Origin: Callorhinchus milii
Taxonomy: Eukaryota
Assembly: GCF_018977255.1 (NCBI RefSeq)
Contig: NW_024704742.1
Coordinates: 23,252,001-23,316,000, forward strand
DNA: 64,000 bases
Direction: 5' to 3'
Shown: piece by piece, positions 39,860 through 52,300 of the stretch
Layout of the letters: each line of letters opens with the position of its first letter
How positions within the stretch are numbered: position 1 is the first letter of the stretch
Notes under the pieces: generated by a model
Told to the model about the DNA's origin: nothing
What the model saw: only the letters and a program-made list of their open reading frames with translations
The model's database searches: none
Translations under genes and position numbers: made by a program

Positions 39860-40368
39860 GAATTCACAGTCCAGGCTGACTCAGCAGTAAAGTGTTAGGT
39901 TTGCATTATATTTGTCAGAGGTGCCATCTTTCAGATGAGACATTAAACCAAGACCGAAATACTGCAGATGCTAGAAATCTGAAACAAAAACAGAAGTCAC
40001 TGAGACTTCTGCTCTGACGAAGGGTCGTGGACCTGAAATGTTGACTCACTTTCCTTTCTCGCTAGATGCTGCCTGACCTGTTGAGTTTCCCATTAAACCA
40101 AGATCCCGTCCGTCGATTCAGGTGGATTTTAGAAGATCCTATTGCACTATTTGCAAAGAGAAGGGAGTTTCTCTCTGTGTCCTTCCCAAATATCCTCCAG
40201 AAAACATTAGTCATTCACTTTACAGCTGTTTATGGGACATTGTTGCGTGTAAATTAATTGCTGCAATCACCTACAAATTAGTCACTGCAGTTTGCAGCAA
40301 AATCCTATAAAGCACTTTGAGATGACATCCTCATGTGAAATATCAAATGCAATGGTTATTTTATTATT
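39860..40368 (+). mobile_element. Deu-domain SINE hosting a nested insertion
   Basis: Deu core gtcagaggtgccatctttcagatgagacattaaacc resumes after 40091; SINE tail at 40340-40368. Confidence 0.7.
39954..40090 (+). mobile_element. 137-bp Penelope-like insertion with a hammerhead-like core and a 13-bp TSD
   Basis: CATTAAACCAAGA at 39941-39953 and 40091-40103; CTGACGA-a-GGGTC-gtg-GACCT-GAAA at 40014-40038. Confidence 0.7.
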
Positions 40369-40550
40369 GCCAGGTGTATATCCAGAGCTCAGGTTCCTTG
40401 CAAGCATTTGGTCATTTGGATAATTATATTTAAATAATTACATTTGAATAAGTATATTTGAAATTTGAGCAAATTAAGGGTTTGAAAGTGAGAGACCATT
40501 TCATAAAAATATGAAAGAAAGCTCTTTTTGAAGCCTTTTTCTCTACTTAC

Positions 40551-40718
40551 TGTTGGTATTCTCTCCGATACTGTGGTTCTTCCCATTCCAGTACCAAAGC
40601 AGGAGAGTTGCATCCCGTGAGCCAGAGAGGACATAACAGTCACCTCCAATGTAGGATTCAGATCTCGCTAAACAGGTCACAACATCCCAGTGTCCAAAAA
40701 CCACTTGAGTGAGTTTTC
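40551..40718 (-). CDS. LRBA: LRBA WD40 exon (G)KLTQVVFGHWDVVTCLARSESYIGGDCYVLSGSRDATLLLWYWNGKNHSIGENTN
   Basis: aaag| ... |gtaagt; 168 nt; phase 1 to 1. This frame is missing from the ORF track. Confidence 0.97.
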
Positions 40719-42744
40719 CTTTGTGGAGAAAAAAAGAAAAATATTCATTATGAACACAATCTTCATTTGTAACACTTCAGCTGTTGGATTCACAAAGATG
40801 TATGTATTGGCTTTTTTTAATTTATTTTTATTCATCTTAAGCAACATTCTTATATCAAATTGTAATACTTCAGCAACTACAGCAAACCTTTCAGTCTCAC
40901 AAACAAAATAAAATAAGCCAATACATAGCATAATATAAATTATCTAACAGTTTTCATTAGATACTTGGAAGATTCAGGAAATGTATTCTAATTAAGAGTC
41001 ACACTTGAAATGTTAACCTATTTTCTCTTTCAAATGCAGCAACATCTATTTGAAGGAGAGAGTTCCATTTGGACACAAAAAATGTCTGAATGCTCACAAG
41101 ATTACACTAATCTGTGTTTTTTTTACTGCCAGGGGCTCCAATGCAATTTGTAGTGCCTGAGCCCCATTTGTCCTGCATCTCTGCAGAGAATCCCTGCCAG
41201 AATTCCTGTCAAACACACAGTACAAACACAGTGTTAATACAATGGAAGAAAGACTGCACAGCCACATTTTAGGTGGAAATACACTTCTTCTAATCATGTT
41301 GAAGGAAAGACCACCATATGGAATTGTGGCATGATGTGAAAGTGGCAGCAATGCTCTGGCTTCATTCCAGAGGAATCTTGGTTGCCCTTAAGGTTTTGCA
41401 TGCAATCAAACAAAATTATTAAATTTAATAAAATGACCTTTTCTCTCTTAGAACCTCCAATGTCTCAAATCAGCTCTAGTAAGGACAGGTGGGATGATCC
41501 ACTCCCAGGCCTATGTCAATTCTGCTCCAGATCTGGGTGCTTGGATGTGCTCAGTGTAAGCTGTTATTTGTGTGGGGAAGAGTTCAGCCTTTGTTCTCTA
41601 ATTCACCATAGTGACAGCTGAATCAGGAGCTCACCATGTACAGTAAAACCATACACTGCAGGACATCAGAGCTTCTGAGACAAGTGACAAATTAAAAGCT
41701 TACGTGTTAGTATGTTTGCAGTCACAGATATTTAAATACAAGTACATTCACTATTGAATCGACTTTCATTTATTCTACTGGCCAGCAGTCTGATGAAAGG
41801 GGCAAATGCAACTTCAAGTTCAGGTGCAGTGAATAGCCCACTTGGCCCAATGCTTCTTGTCTGTCTAACATAGATCGGAACAAATTCAGAGAAGGTGCAG
41901 CTTTTAGGTTGTGCTCCTGACCCAAAAATGTCAAAATGCTTCAGGAAGTAAAACTGATTGAGCTAGACTGTTTCTTGTAGCTAAACTGGAATGAATGCTT
42001 TTGAAATATTTAATTTAAAGGATTCAGTCAATCCAGAGAGAGATGAAACACGGTTATTGCTGCGGGCAATGGTTTCCATTGATTTGAAAGTCACGTTTAA
42101 ATTGCTCATTAGAGGTTAAACACAGGAAGATTAGTGCTTAGATTTGTGCTGAACGTGGGCAATTGTATTCTAACAGGACTGTTATTCTATTTGGCTCTCC
42201 ACTAAGAAAATTATTTTATCAGATTCTAATATTCTGCAGGAGATGATTGAACCGGAATGAAGGATTTTGTCCAAAGTTCACAATTAATCTGTAAACCGAG
42301 AGGTCGAATAAAGAGCTTGAATGACAAAACTGCTGCTTTTCTGGCGCTTACCAAAAAANGCACCTCACCATATAAAGTTTGCGTTCAGCACTGTACAATT
42401 TACAAGGATTCTGGGAATCTACTACTAAATAAATGCAAGTTGTTGCGTTATTCCCAGATCTCGACTCTGATGAGACCTTCAGTCTCCTGAGTCAGTGTGA
42501 CACATAGGGGATTCCCTGAAAAAAACATCCTGAGGTGCTTGTTACTCCAGAAAACCAGCAAGTTTTCCTGGTCACTTTTTCAACCCCCAAACTGTTCACT
42601 TTACCCATTCTGATCAGGTGTCCAGTGAGTACCTAACCCTACTGGAGTCCTATATAGTAATGAGAATATTAAAACAACAACTTGCATTGACATAGCACCC
42701 TTCACGCAGGTTAGTATCTCAGAGTGCTCAGAACATTTCCCCAT

Positions 42745-42945
42745 TGCCTGAAAGAGCGGTGGAAGCCGATTTGATAACAACTTTTAAGAGAGAAGTAGAT
42801 AATTATTTATGGAGGAAAAGTTTGCAGGGCTATGGGGAGAGAGCAGGGGAGTGGGAATGATTTGGACAGCTTATTTAAAAGAGCCGGCACAGACACGCTG
42901 AGCTGAATGGCCTCCTTCTGTGCTGTATAATTCTATGATTCTATG
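42745..42945 (+). mobile_element. CR1 LINE 3' end
   Basis: Typical CR1 terminus gctgaatggcctccttctgtgctgta followed by (attctatg)2. Confidence 0.85.
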
Positions 42946-44778
42946 TTTGTTCACAAGCCACAATATGGGTCACTTCATGCAAATTTGTATTTAATTGTAT
43001 TCCAGATCACATGAAATCCCCCGAACCAATGAACTACATCTCTCTTGCTAGCCTGTTTAGGGTACTTTCTCATTCCTAACTGTACAGATATTGATATTTC
43101 ATGTCTATCATTCAGAAAGCATTTTTTTCCATGGTTCTCTTCCCAGCTGTCATGCTCTCAGTAATTGACAATTGTTATTACTTGCTGCTGGGTAACCTAC
43201 AGCCAGATTGCTAAACGAATAGTAGCTGAGTGGTTTAAATGAAATTGCAGATCAGTCTGAGATTTGGATTCACAGTCAGTGTTAAATACATCAAACAAAC
43301 CAGTTACAAATGCAGTAAATTAATATTATTAGTGATGAAAGTCGGGACAGTACCTTAATACTTTCAGCTGTTAAAAGGTATAACCTCTCTCTCCCTCCTC
43401 TCACTCAAACACTTTTTTGACCAGTGACTGACTATAGTACACTTTGTAAACACAAACTGGGCATATCTTAGCAGTAAGATGCACAGTACAAACTGTTCTT
43501 TGCAAAATGTCACTTTGAAACCCTGTCTTTGGAAACAAAATGTATTTCAAAGGATTAGTGCATTGTGGGGTTCAGTTTCCATTTTGTCAAGCAATGATGC
43601 TTGTCATTACATTTCATATCAGTAATTCACTATGAAATATTTGGTAATGTGTTTTTTCAACCTTCTTCCTTAATAAAAGAGTTCATTTTTCTTGGATACA
43701 GTTTCAAGGTTGCCACCAGCCATTTGATACCAAAGTGGCCATTGTTTAGGTGTCAATTTAGATAGTGAGGGTCTGCAGGATATTCAACAATCCAAGACAA
43801 CTAAAGGTAAGCGCTTCATCCTGGTTTCATTGAAAGTGGCCAGGAGTGAAAACACTGGCTGATTTTTTCCCTGCTCCCTAGACCAGAGGCATTCAAAACA
43901 ATTGCAACTGTTGTCCTTGCTGAAGTCAGCTAACAATACATATATTCAAACATATAATTTTCCGCATGGCTTTGTTTTACAGCAGGAAGTAGCTTTACCC
44001 ACCATCTCTCGAAGGAGGCCTCATATTTAATCACTATTTAATAAATGTGCAATTTGATACAGAAATGTTCAATAAAGTTAATAAAACGCAGATTGTGTCC
44101 AGGATTTCTAGAATCCATTAATGAATTCATGAACTCTTTTGAAAACTATACATTAAACATAGGAAATGTCAAACTAAACACTGGAAACCCCATTAAGTTG
44201 CAATACATTCACCCAATACCGAGCATGCAAGTAGAAGAAAATCTCAATAATGTTTGTAATGTGTTCCTATATTTAGTGTTTTCTGAATTAAATCAATAAC
44301 TGGTTACAGTTATTATTCTGTATGTTCAAATGGTTAATTTTCTAATTGTAATTTCATGTTTTAAGCTATTTCCAATTTAAAAATCTAGGATTATTACTCG
44401 GGAGGGCAATAAAGCCCCATATTAAATGGAGCTTTTCCCATTTGACTGAGAAGAATTACATGTACCAGAACAAGCTGAAATGGGAGAACCAACATAAAAG
44501 ATCTCAAGAATGACTATTGTGCTAACCACGTGATATGTGTATAGGACACAGTAGTGAGGAATGAGCTGTCATCTTGAATTTAGGCAAGTTTCTGGACTGG
44601 GGATGCATTAATGAGACCATACACTTAATAGGTCAAACTGAAACAAAAATGCTTAATTAGAAGGAAGTGAGATTGCTTTTTTATGATTGAAAATATCACA
44701 GCTCACATTGCTGTGAAAAACATGTATGACTCACATTGGGTAGTTAAATGTCAAACATTCTTTCACACTTGTGCATAA

Positions 44779-44936
44779 TGTAATGTTTGTTAATCCAGAA
44801 CCCAGTTTCAGATTCACTAGTTCCTTTACTTAAACCTTACAAGTCCCCTCTCTTCCACAATCTGCCCAGAATCCTTTTATACTTGATTGCTTCTCATTGT
44901 CAATTGCCAATTAAGTAATTAAAACAATATGCAACA
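44779..44936 (-). repeat. 3' LTR of the Gypsy element
   Basis: Direct repeat of 49218-49384; purine-rich tract (PPT) adjoining on the minus strand at about 44937-44949. Confidence 0.92.
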
Positions 44937-47533
44937 TCTTCTTACTTTTAGTTTCTCTTCTTTTATTCCAATCTTGTTCTATCAATCTTTGTGGTCTTTT
45001 TATTCCTCTTCCGCATCTGGTTGTTCTTACCATTTCTGTCACTCCTTGATCTTCCTTCTGTATTTTCCTTTGTTTGATCTCCCATGATGTTCATCTATAT
45101 ACCTTTCCTTTTTTTAAATCTTTTACCCAATGTGATCTGGGGTATTCTTATCTTTCCCCCAAATTTTCCCTTTCATCTATCCTTCCGTTTTTAAGTTTTT
45201 CCTCCAAAACCATAAGGCTTCTCCTTTTTGGAAAGTTTGTTCCTTCTGTGGCTCTTGCCCTTGTTTCTTCCAATTTCTTTTTCTCTGTATCTGTGGTCTC
45301 AATTTTGCTTCCTTCCGTATTAACCCATCCCTTAATCTTCTGAATATCAACATCTGTGCTGGTAACTGTTCCTGGTCATCTATCGGCGTATTTCTGTAGG
45401 CTAGTAATGCCAAATGTTTATCTTCCTTTGATTCCTCTGCTTTCTTCCACATTTTTTTTATTGTCTGTATTGTTCTTTCCATCATCCCATTGCTTTGTGG
45501 ATATCCTGGTGACGATGTTCTGTGGTCTATGGCCCACTGTTTTGTGAATTTTTTATATTCAGCACTCGCAAATTGTGGCTCATTGTCACTTATTAATTCC
45601 TTTGGTATTCCACGTCTGGCTAATATTTCTTGTCTATTACTGCTTCTGCAGTTGTATCATTTAATTCTGCATATTCACTATTCCTCGAGGTATAGTCTAC
45701 CATCAATAAATAATCTTTCCTATTATAACAGAACAAATCTGTTCCTATTTTTGTCCATGCTGTGTTTGGTCTCTGATGCCCCATTATAGGTTCATACCTT
45801 TCTCTGTTTTTATGTCTCGTGCATGTCTCACACTTTTCTATGTAGTCCTCCATTTGTTTACTTATTCCCGGCCAAAATACTACTTCCCTTGCTCTTCTCT
45901 TCACTTTTTCTATTCCCATCGCCCTTCATGTAAGCTTCTCAACATTTTTTTTCTTAACTCTCTTGGAATTATTGTCCTATGCCCTCTATATATTATTCCT
46001 TTTTGCTGATATATTTAATTTCTATATTCCCAATATGGTCGTACCTCCTCTGATGCATCTTTTCTATTTTCTGGCCCACCTTTGCTCAATATCATTTGAA
46101 TTTCCTTACTTTATATTTTTTGTTTACTTCTATTATTTCATTCTCAAGTCTTGTTGCTTTTGTGATCTCCCATACCTGGAACTCCATTTCCTTTTCTAAT
46201 TGTTTATCCTCCTTGTTCCCATTTTGACATGTGGCCCTACTTAGTGTATCTGCCACATATAAGGTATTTCCTGTCTTATATCTAAACACTAAATTGTACC
46301 TTTGTAGCCATACACTCATTCTCTGTCACCTAGGCAGTGTTTCGTTGAATCCCTTCCAAAAAATTGCGTCTAATTGTTTGTGATCATTTTCTTTTTGTTA
46401 CTTTTTTTCCAAATACATATTGTTTAAATCTCTCGCATCCAAATACGACTGCTAAACACTACTTCTCTATCTGTGCATATTTTTTTTCTGTCTCTGATAT
46501 TGCTCTCCAATGCGTATGCTAGAGTTTTTTCTTCTAGAGTTAGTGTCGCTCCTAACCTTGGTTTACTTGCGTCTACAGATATTTTAACTGCTGCATGTAC
46601 ATCATAAAATTTAAACACTGGAGCTTTTGTTGTAGCCTCTTTTATTTGCTGAAATGCTTTTTTCTATTCTTTTTCCCACATGAACACTCTTTTTTCTTTT
46701 ATAAACTCCCTTATTGGCTCCATTTTTTAAAATCTATCGGTGCAGGTATTTTTGTTTTGCTGATCAATATTTAACCCTTCTTGTCTTAAGTATTTTACTT
46801 CTGTTACTCCTATCCTGCATTTTTCTTTGTTTAGCTTTATATTTTATTCCAAACTTTTTTTTAACACCTTCTCCAACCTTTCATCGTATTCTTTCTGTGT
46901 TTAAACATATATCAAAATGTCGTCCATATAATTGATCGCCCCTGGTATTTCTTCCAATCTTTGTGACAATTTTTTCTGAAACACCTCTTGTGCTGACTTG
47001 AGGCCAAAAGGCATTCTTTGAAGCAATACCTCCCATACGGTGTCATAAACGTTGTTAAATACATACTATCCTTTGACAATTTGGCTTCCCAATACCCTGA
47101 GCAATCTAATATCGAGAAGTGACTAGCTCCATGTAGTAAAGCATCCACATCTTCTAAATTGGGAATTGCATAATGTTCCCTTTTTACCCCTTTTTAACTG
47201 CTGTGGATTTAAACATACCCTTAGTGATTTGTCTGGTTTCGCTATGATTACCACTGCACTCACCCACTCAGTGGGTGTGTCCACTTTTTTATTATTTGGT
47301 CCCTTTCCATTTAGTCTTAATTTTTCTTTCAGTCTTTTTTTCATTGCCTCTGGTACTCTCTTTAATGACTGAATTACTGGTGGTGCTGTCTCTTCTAACC
47401 TTATTGTGTAGTCTCTTTTCATTAATCCTGTTTCTGAACACTTGTTTATATTTTCCTACAATTTCTTCAGTTTCCCTTGGTTCACTTTCCTTTGTTTTCC
47501 ACATTCCCAATTCTTTTTAACATTCCTATTTTT

Positions 47534-47858
47534 ATAATAATAATAATCCTTGCATTTGATACAGCGCTTTTCACGTCGGGAGGACGTCCCAAAGCGCTTC
47601 ACAGAACACACTGTAAAGTGAATTGACTGTATATTTCTGGGCGAACGCGGCAGCCAATTGCGCACAGCAATGTCCCACAAACAGTCGTAGATTGAAAATG
47701 ACCAATTTATTATTGTTTTTGGTTTTGGAGGGATTATTATTAGGCTCTGTGTGGAGTAAGGAAACTTGCCCAAGGTTTCGCCCTGACCTGCCTTGGATTG
47801 ATCTCAGGTCTCTCACTTGCAAAGCGAGTGCTCTCACCACTGAGCTACAGGACTCCAC
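47534..47858 (-). mobile_element. Full-length tRNA-derived SINE nested in the Gypsy pol region
   Basis: Reverse complement aligns end to end with 29373-29687. Confidence 0.92.
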
Positions 47859-49205
47859 ATTATATCTTCCAGTCCTAATAAAGTATCAACTTTTAATTTT
47901 ACAATGTAGAATTTTATTCTATATTGTCTCCCTTTGCAGTTCACTTCTATCTCTACTCTGCCACTGCTTCAATTTTTGCTCTGTTATATGCCATTAGTTT
48001 ACCTATCCCTTTTCCCATTTTTTCCTTATTTGGTTCTCACAATTTTATATATTCTTCCCATGCCATTACACTGGCCTGTGCTCCTGCATCTAATTTGCAC
48101 TGAATGACTTTCTCTTTTTTTACACCGTAAATATACCATCCACTCATCTTTTTCTTTTGTGTGTGCTCTCTTTATGAGTTCCACTGCTTCAATGTTTCTT
48201 TATGAGTTCCACTCCTCTTCTTATTCACTTTCTCTGGCTTCTACATCTGAGCTGTCTGTCTCTTTTCATATTCCCTTGATTTAATTTGCCTAATTCTTGA
48301 ACTCTCTTCTTTGTTTGACTTTTCTCTTGTGCTTTATATCTGCTATATCTCTCTACATTTTCTTGTTGTCTATTACTGCATAATCTTGCATAATTCCTAT
48401 GTTTTGCATTGATAGTATTCTTTTCCTTCTGTGGGACATCTCCTCATAGGAGGTTCTAATCTGCATTTGCCACATTAGTCCATTGCATTTGGCCTCCCAC
48501 GTGGCCTGTATGTTCTCTGCACTCCATATTTTTCATCTGTATCATTCCAACTTTGTCTGTTGGTTAGTTCATCTATTTCCCTCTCTGTTTCTCTCTTCGC
48601 TTCTCTCATATTTATTTTTGTCACTTCTTCAATCCTTATTATCTCCATTGCCGATTCCAACGTCAGATCCCGTTTTTTCAAAAGCTTTGCTCTTAATCTA
48701 CTATCTTTTTATGCCAACTGCAATCTGGTCCGTATCATTTCCTCTCTTAATGTTCCGTAATTGCAATTGCTACTTAGGGATCCCAGTACCGCACAGTACT
48801 GATTGAATGATTCTGTGGGTCCCTGCTTTCTTGTTCCAAACTTAAATCAGTCAATTATTTTTTCTACAGCATCTTTCCATCATAACATTCATCATCTCAT
48901 TCACTGGCATGTCCACCCTTTTTCTAGGGTTGTAAAATATTCCCTTGCTTCCTCACCTGCTACATTCGAAAAAATTGCAGACTGCTGTTCCTGCAGCAGT
49001 TTCATTATGTTGTTTGCTGCTTATCCAAAAATGTTTAACGTCTCTTTCAAACCGTTACCAATTGTGCCTTAAACTTCCAACCAATTTCAGTGACCTTGGA
49101 ATCTGCACATACCTTGGTACAGCATTCAATTCTGTTTCTCTCAGTATTTTGCTTTTCATTCCATATTCAATCTGGTAGTCTGTTTCACTCCAGGTTCCGT
49201 TTTTC

Positions 49206-49217
49206 CTTCTGACACAA
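49206..49217 (-). other. Primer-binding site, tRNA-Leu type
   Basis: TTGTGTCAGAAG directly inside the 5' LTR, one mismatch from TGGTGTCAGAAG. Confidence 0.7.
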
Positions 49218-49384
49218 TGTAATGTTTGTTGATCCAGAACACAGTTTTGTTTCACTAGTGCTTTTATTTAAATCTTACACTTACACTCTCTTCCACAATC
49301 TGCCCAGTCACTTTCCCAAAATCCTTTTATACTTGCTTGCTTTTCATTGTCACTGCCCAATTGCCAATTAAGTCATATGCAACA
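49218..49384 (-). repeat. 5' LTR of the Gypsy element
   Basis: Direct repeat of 44779-44936 with TG...CA termini. Confidence 0.92.
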
Positions 49385-52300
49385 CATAAGTCATACTCTT
49401 GTTTGCAGGCATAAAACACTATGCAAAGGTGCCAGGAGCCTAACAGTTTCAGTTCCAAACATAGGAATATTGCTTCAAAGACAGACATGACTAGAAAATA
49501 TTGATTTTGTTACTGTTTCTATATTTTTTTGGCACGATTTTATATTTTATATTCACCTGCAGAGCATCCTGCAGTAAAGTATTACCAGGCTTTCCTCTGC
49601 CAAAGCTGCTTCTGTGCTGACCATTAAGATGTTTGTGTGCTGGTGCGGGTGACTGGCTTTCTGCAGTCAGCCACCTGGCCTCCATTTGGTGCTTCTCCCT
49701 GTTCTCACAGCTGAGATCTGGAACTCGCCATGTGGAGAATCAAACCATTCATCCACCTGCTACCCTACTCTGGTTATGGCACTTTGATGCACTGCTCTCC
49801 TTTTCCACAGATCATTTAGCGATGGCGTGTCACAAATGAAGCTGAATGCCATTGAGCCTTTTTCAGAGCTTTGGCAAGTTACTAACAAAAGCTGTGCTTC
49901 TCTAATAGGAGTGATGTTTCTTAAGGAATTTAAGGAAATTCCCATTTGACCAGGTATGAGAATGGTCTTTGCAGAAGACTTTTCACACATGTGTTTGCTT
50001 AAATGCCACATATGATTTGTATAACCAAAAAATTCCAGTCTGGAACAACGTTAAAAACTTTGAAACAACAATGAAGACTTTTATACTAAGGTACCAGAGC
50101 TTGACTAATTTGCCTCCCTTTGCTAAATTAGTCTAACATCACTGAATGCAATGGTACTGGTAGAATCAGTTCTTGATAGACTCAAAATTTATTGGGCACC
50201 ACGTTAAAACCTCGGCAATATAACAGGCAAAATGATTAAGTGCCACAAAACAGACAAATAATAGTCACTTATTGATGATATAGTGTATTTATCTAGGATA
50301 CTGTAGTCAGTAGCATGTGTTTGAAGTTCCACAACAGCACTTCTCTGTTATATGTTGCTCTTTGAAGTTTTTAGCATTGGTGAAAGACAGCTACTGAGCA
50401 GTCAGCCTGTTCTTCATCGTTGTTGCAGAATTTCATAAAGAGCATGTGAAACGTAGCTGTACAGAACCCAGAGATTAACTTGCCATTGTGCAACAATCCA
50501 TACATGCACATTTACCTGACTGGCAAAAAGCCAACATGACTGTATACAAGCAGACTGAGCTTAGATGGGATCCAGGCCTGGCTCATTTCCAATGGGACAT
50601 GGAGGAATTGGTTTTATTTCAGATATTTTCAATCATCATTTCTCATTGCCTTAGTTACACAGATTTATCCTTCCTTGATTGTTTAAATTTACCTATACTA
50701 TGTGCATCATTCCTCGCCAGACATTTTAAAATTGGATCCACTACCCTCTGAAGTTAGATTTGGTTCTTATTGTGCTCCTCTTTGATGTAATGCAGGGAAC
50801 TCCAGCTTTTGCTCCTAAACTGGGGCCAGTCCACAATGGAGGAATTTATGAGGATGGCCAATTGTAGATCAGAGTCCATCATGTCCAGTGATGAACAGCT
50901 ATGAGCAGAATACAAAAGAGGCATTTCAATATTCTGTTCACACGGAGCACAAGTGAGAAGGCTTTTTACACCTCTTCTCCAGCTTGTGGAAATATCTCCC
51001 AAGACAATTTGCATCCAATTTGTGGTATTTCCGAATGGGATTACAGAGTCCCTTCCCAGTAACTGGAAATACGTCATTTAGACCTTGACAAATTCCGTTA
51101 AGAAATCCCATTAATTAGACTCCATAATTTTTGTTTCAAACTGTACCTTTGATACACAAAAGATTAAACACAGTTAATTGTACCTTGCTAAACATATAGG
51201 GCTGATGATGCATGTATTAGACTGCTGAAAGTCTGTTGCTACTCCAAATCTGTGTGTATCTTCCAGCAACTCCTAAAGCTAATTTTGTGAAACCATCCCT
51301 TCTCCCCTAGAGTTGAATAACCTTGCTGTTATTCCACTAAATGTCCCAAAAAAAGAAAAAAACACAAACAAATGTATCACCATACTGGATAACAGTGCAA
51401 TTTCTACCCAATATATCAAGAATTGTTTAGGTTATTTCCTCAAAGCAGTGCCAAGAATGATCCATTCTATAAAAATAAAAATGGAACATCAGAAAGTTGA
51501 TCTAATTAATCATTCCATTTTACCAATACATCTTTGGGAGATGGATATGTGTGCACTTTGTAAGTGTATATGTAAGTGTCACTGTACTTTAGAATATATC
51601 TATATGATGCTTTGGGATATCTTCCCAACGTGTAAAGCCCAAATGCAATTATGTATTATTACATAGCATAAGGAAAAACTGATCATGAATTGTGGACTTG
51701 GCAAAAGTCAGAATAAGTCCCACAGGAGAGAAGTTTACTATTGGAAAATAATAACATGCCAAATCAAAGCAGATTTCACAAATGGTTATTAGTGAAATTA
51801 AGCTAGGCTTCGGGAAAGAAAAAGTTAAACGGAAACAAAGTCAAGAAGCAGTATTTTTGGTTAAAATAATTGACCTAGAAGTAGGGGAAAATAACAGTAA
51901 TAAGATAATTAATTCCTATAGTTCCCTGATTTACCTTGTTCTGATCTAGGTTCCAGCCATATTCCAGCCAAAAGACGACCAATTCACAGTATTTCAGGCG
52001 GTGAGAAGGAGATCTTTCTATTTGAACAAGAAGTTAACTATTTCACTTGTGGTGCTGTATTTTATTCTCATCTTTGGTGCCTTCATATTTAGTTTTCTTC
52101 TGTTTCTACAAACTTGTGCCTGATTCCAAGCATGCGTTTCATTCTACAGCAATAGATGATAATTGAAACCTTGCAATTTCTGATGGGATTCTTCAATTTG
52201 AGTTGCAAGTGGAGACTCCTACTGGTAACCGGACATATGACATGCCAATCTGCAGAAATTGCACTCTGAAAGCTTTCACATTGAAGTAAAGTTCCCACGG

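Larger units (their letters stand above)
44779..49384 (-). mobile_element. Complete decayed Ty3/Gypsy LTR retrotransposon
   Basis: TG...CA LTRs at both ends; TSD CATAA at 44774-44778 and 49385-49389. Frameshifted gag, protease (KLDAGAQASV, about 48065-48100), RT (LRVCLNP, TTFMTPYGRYCF), RNase H (SVDASK) and integrase (MGIEKVKRRAREVVFWPG...CETC) in Gypsy order. Confidence 0.95.

Noticed and set aside
30235..42359. Single N bases at 30235 and 42359
   Set aside because: Ambiguous base calls after A runs; no biological meaning.
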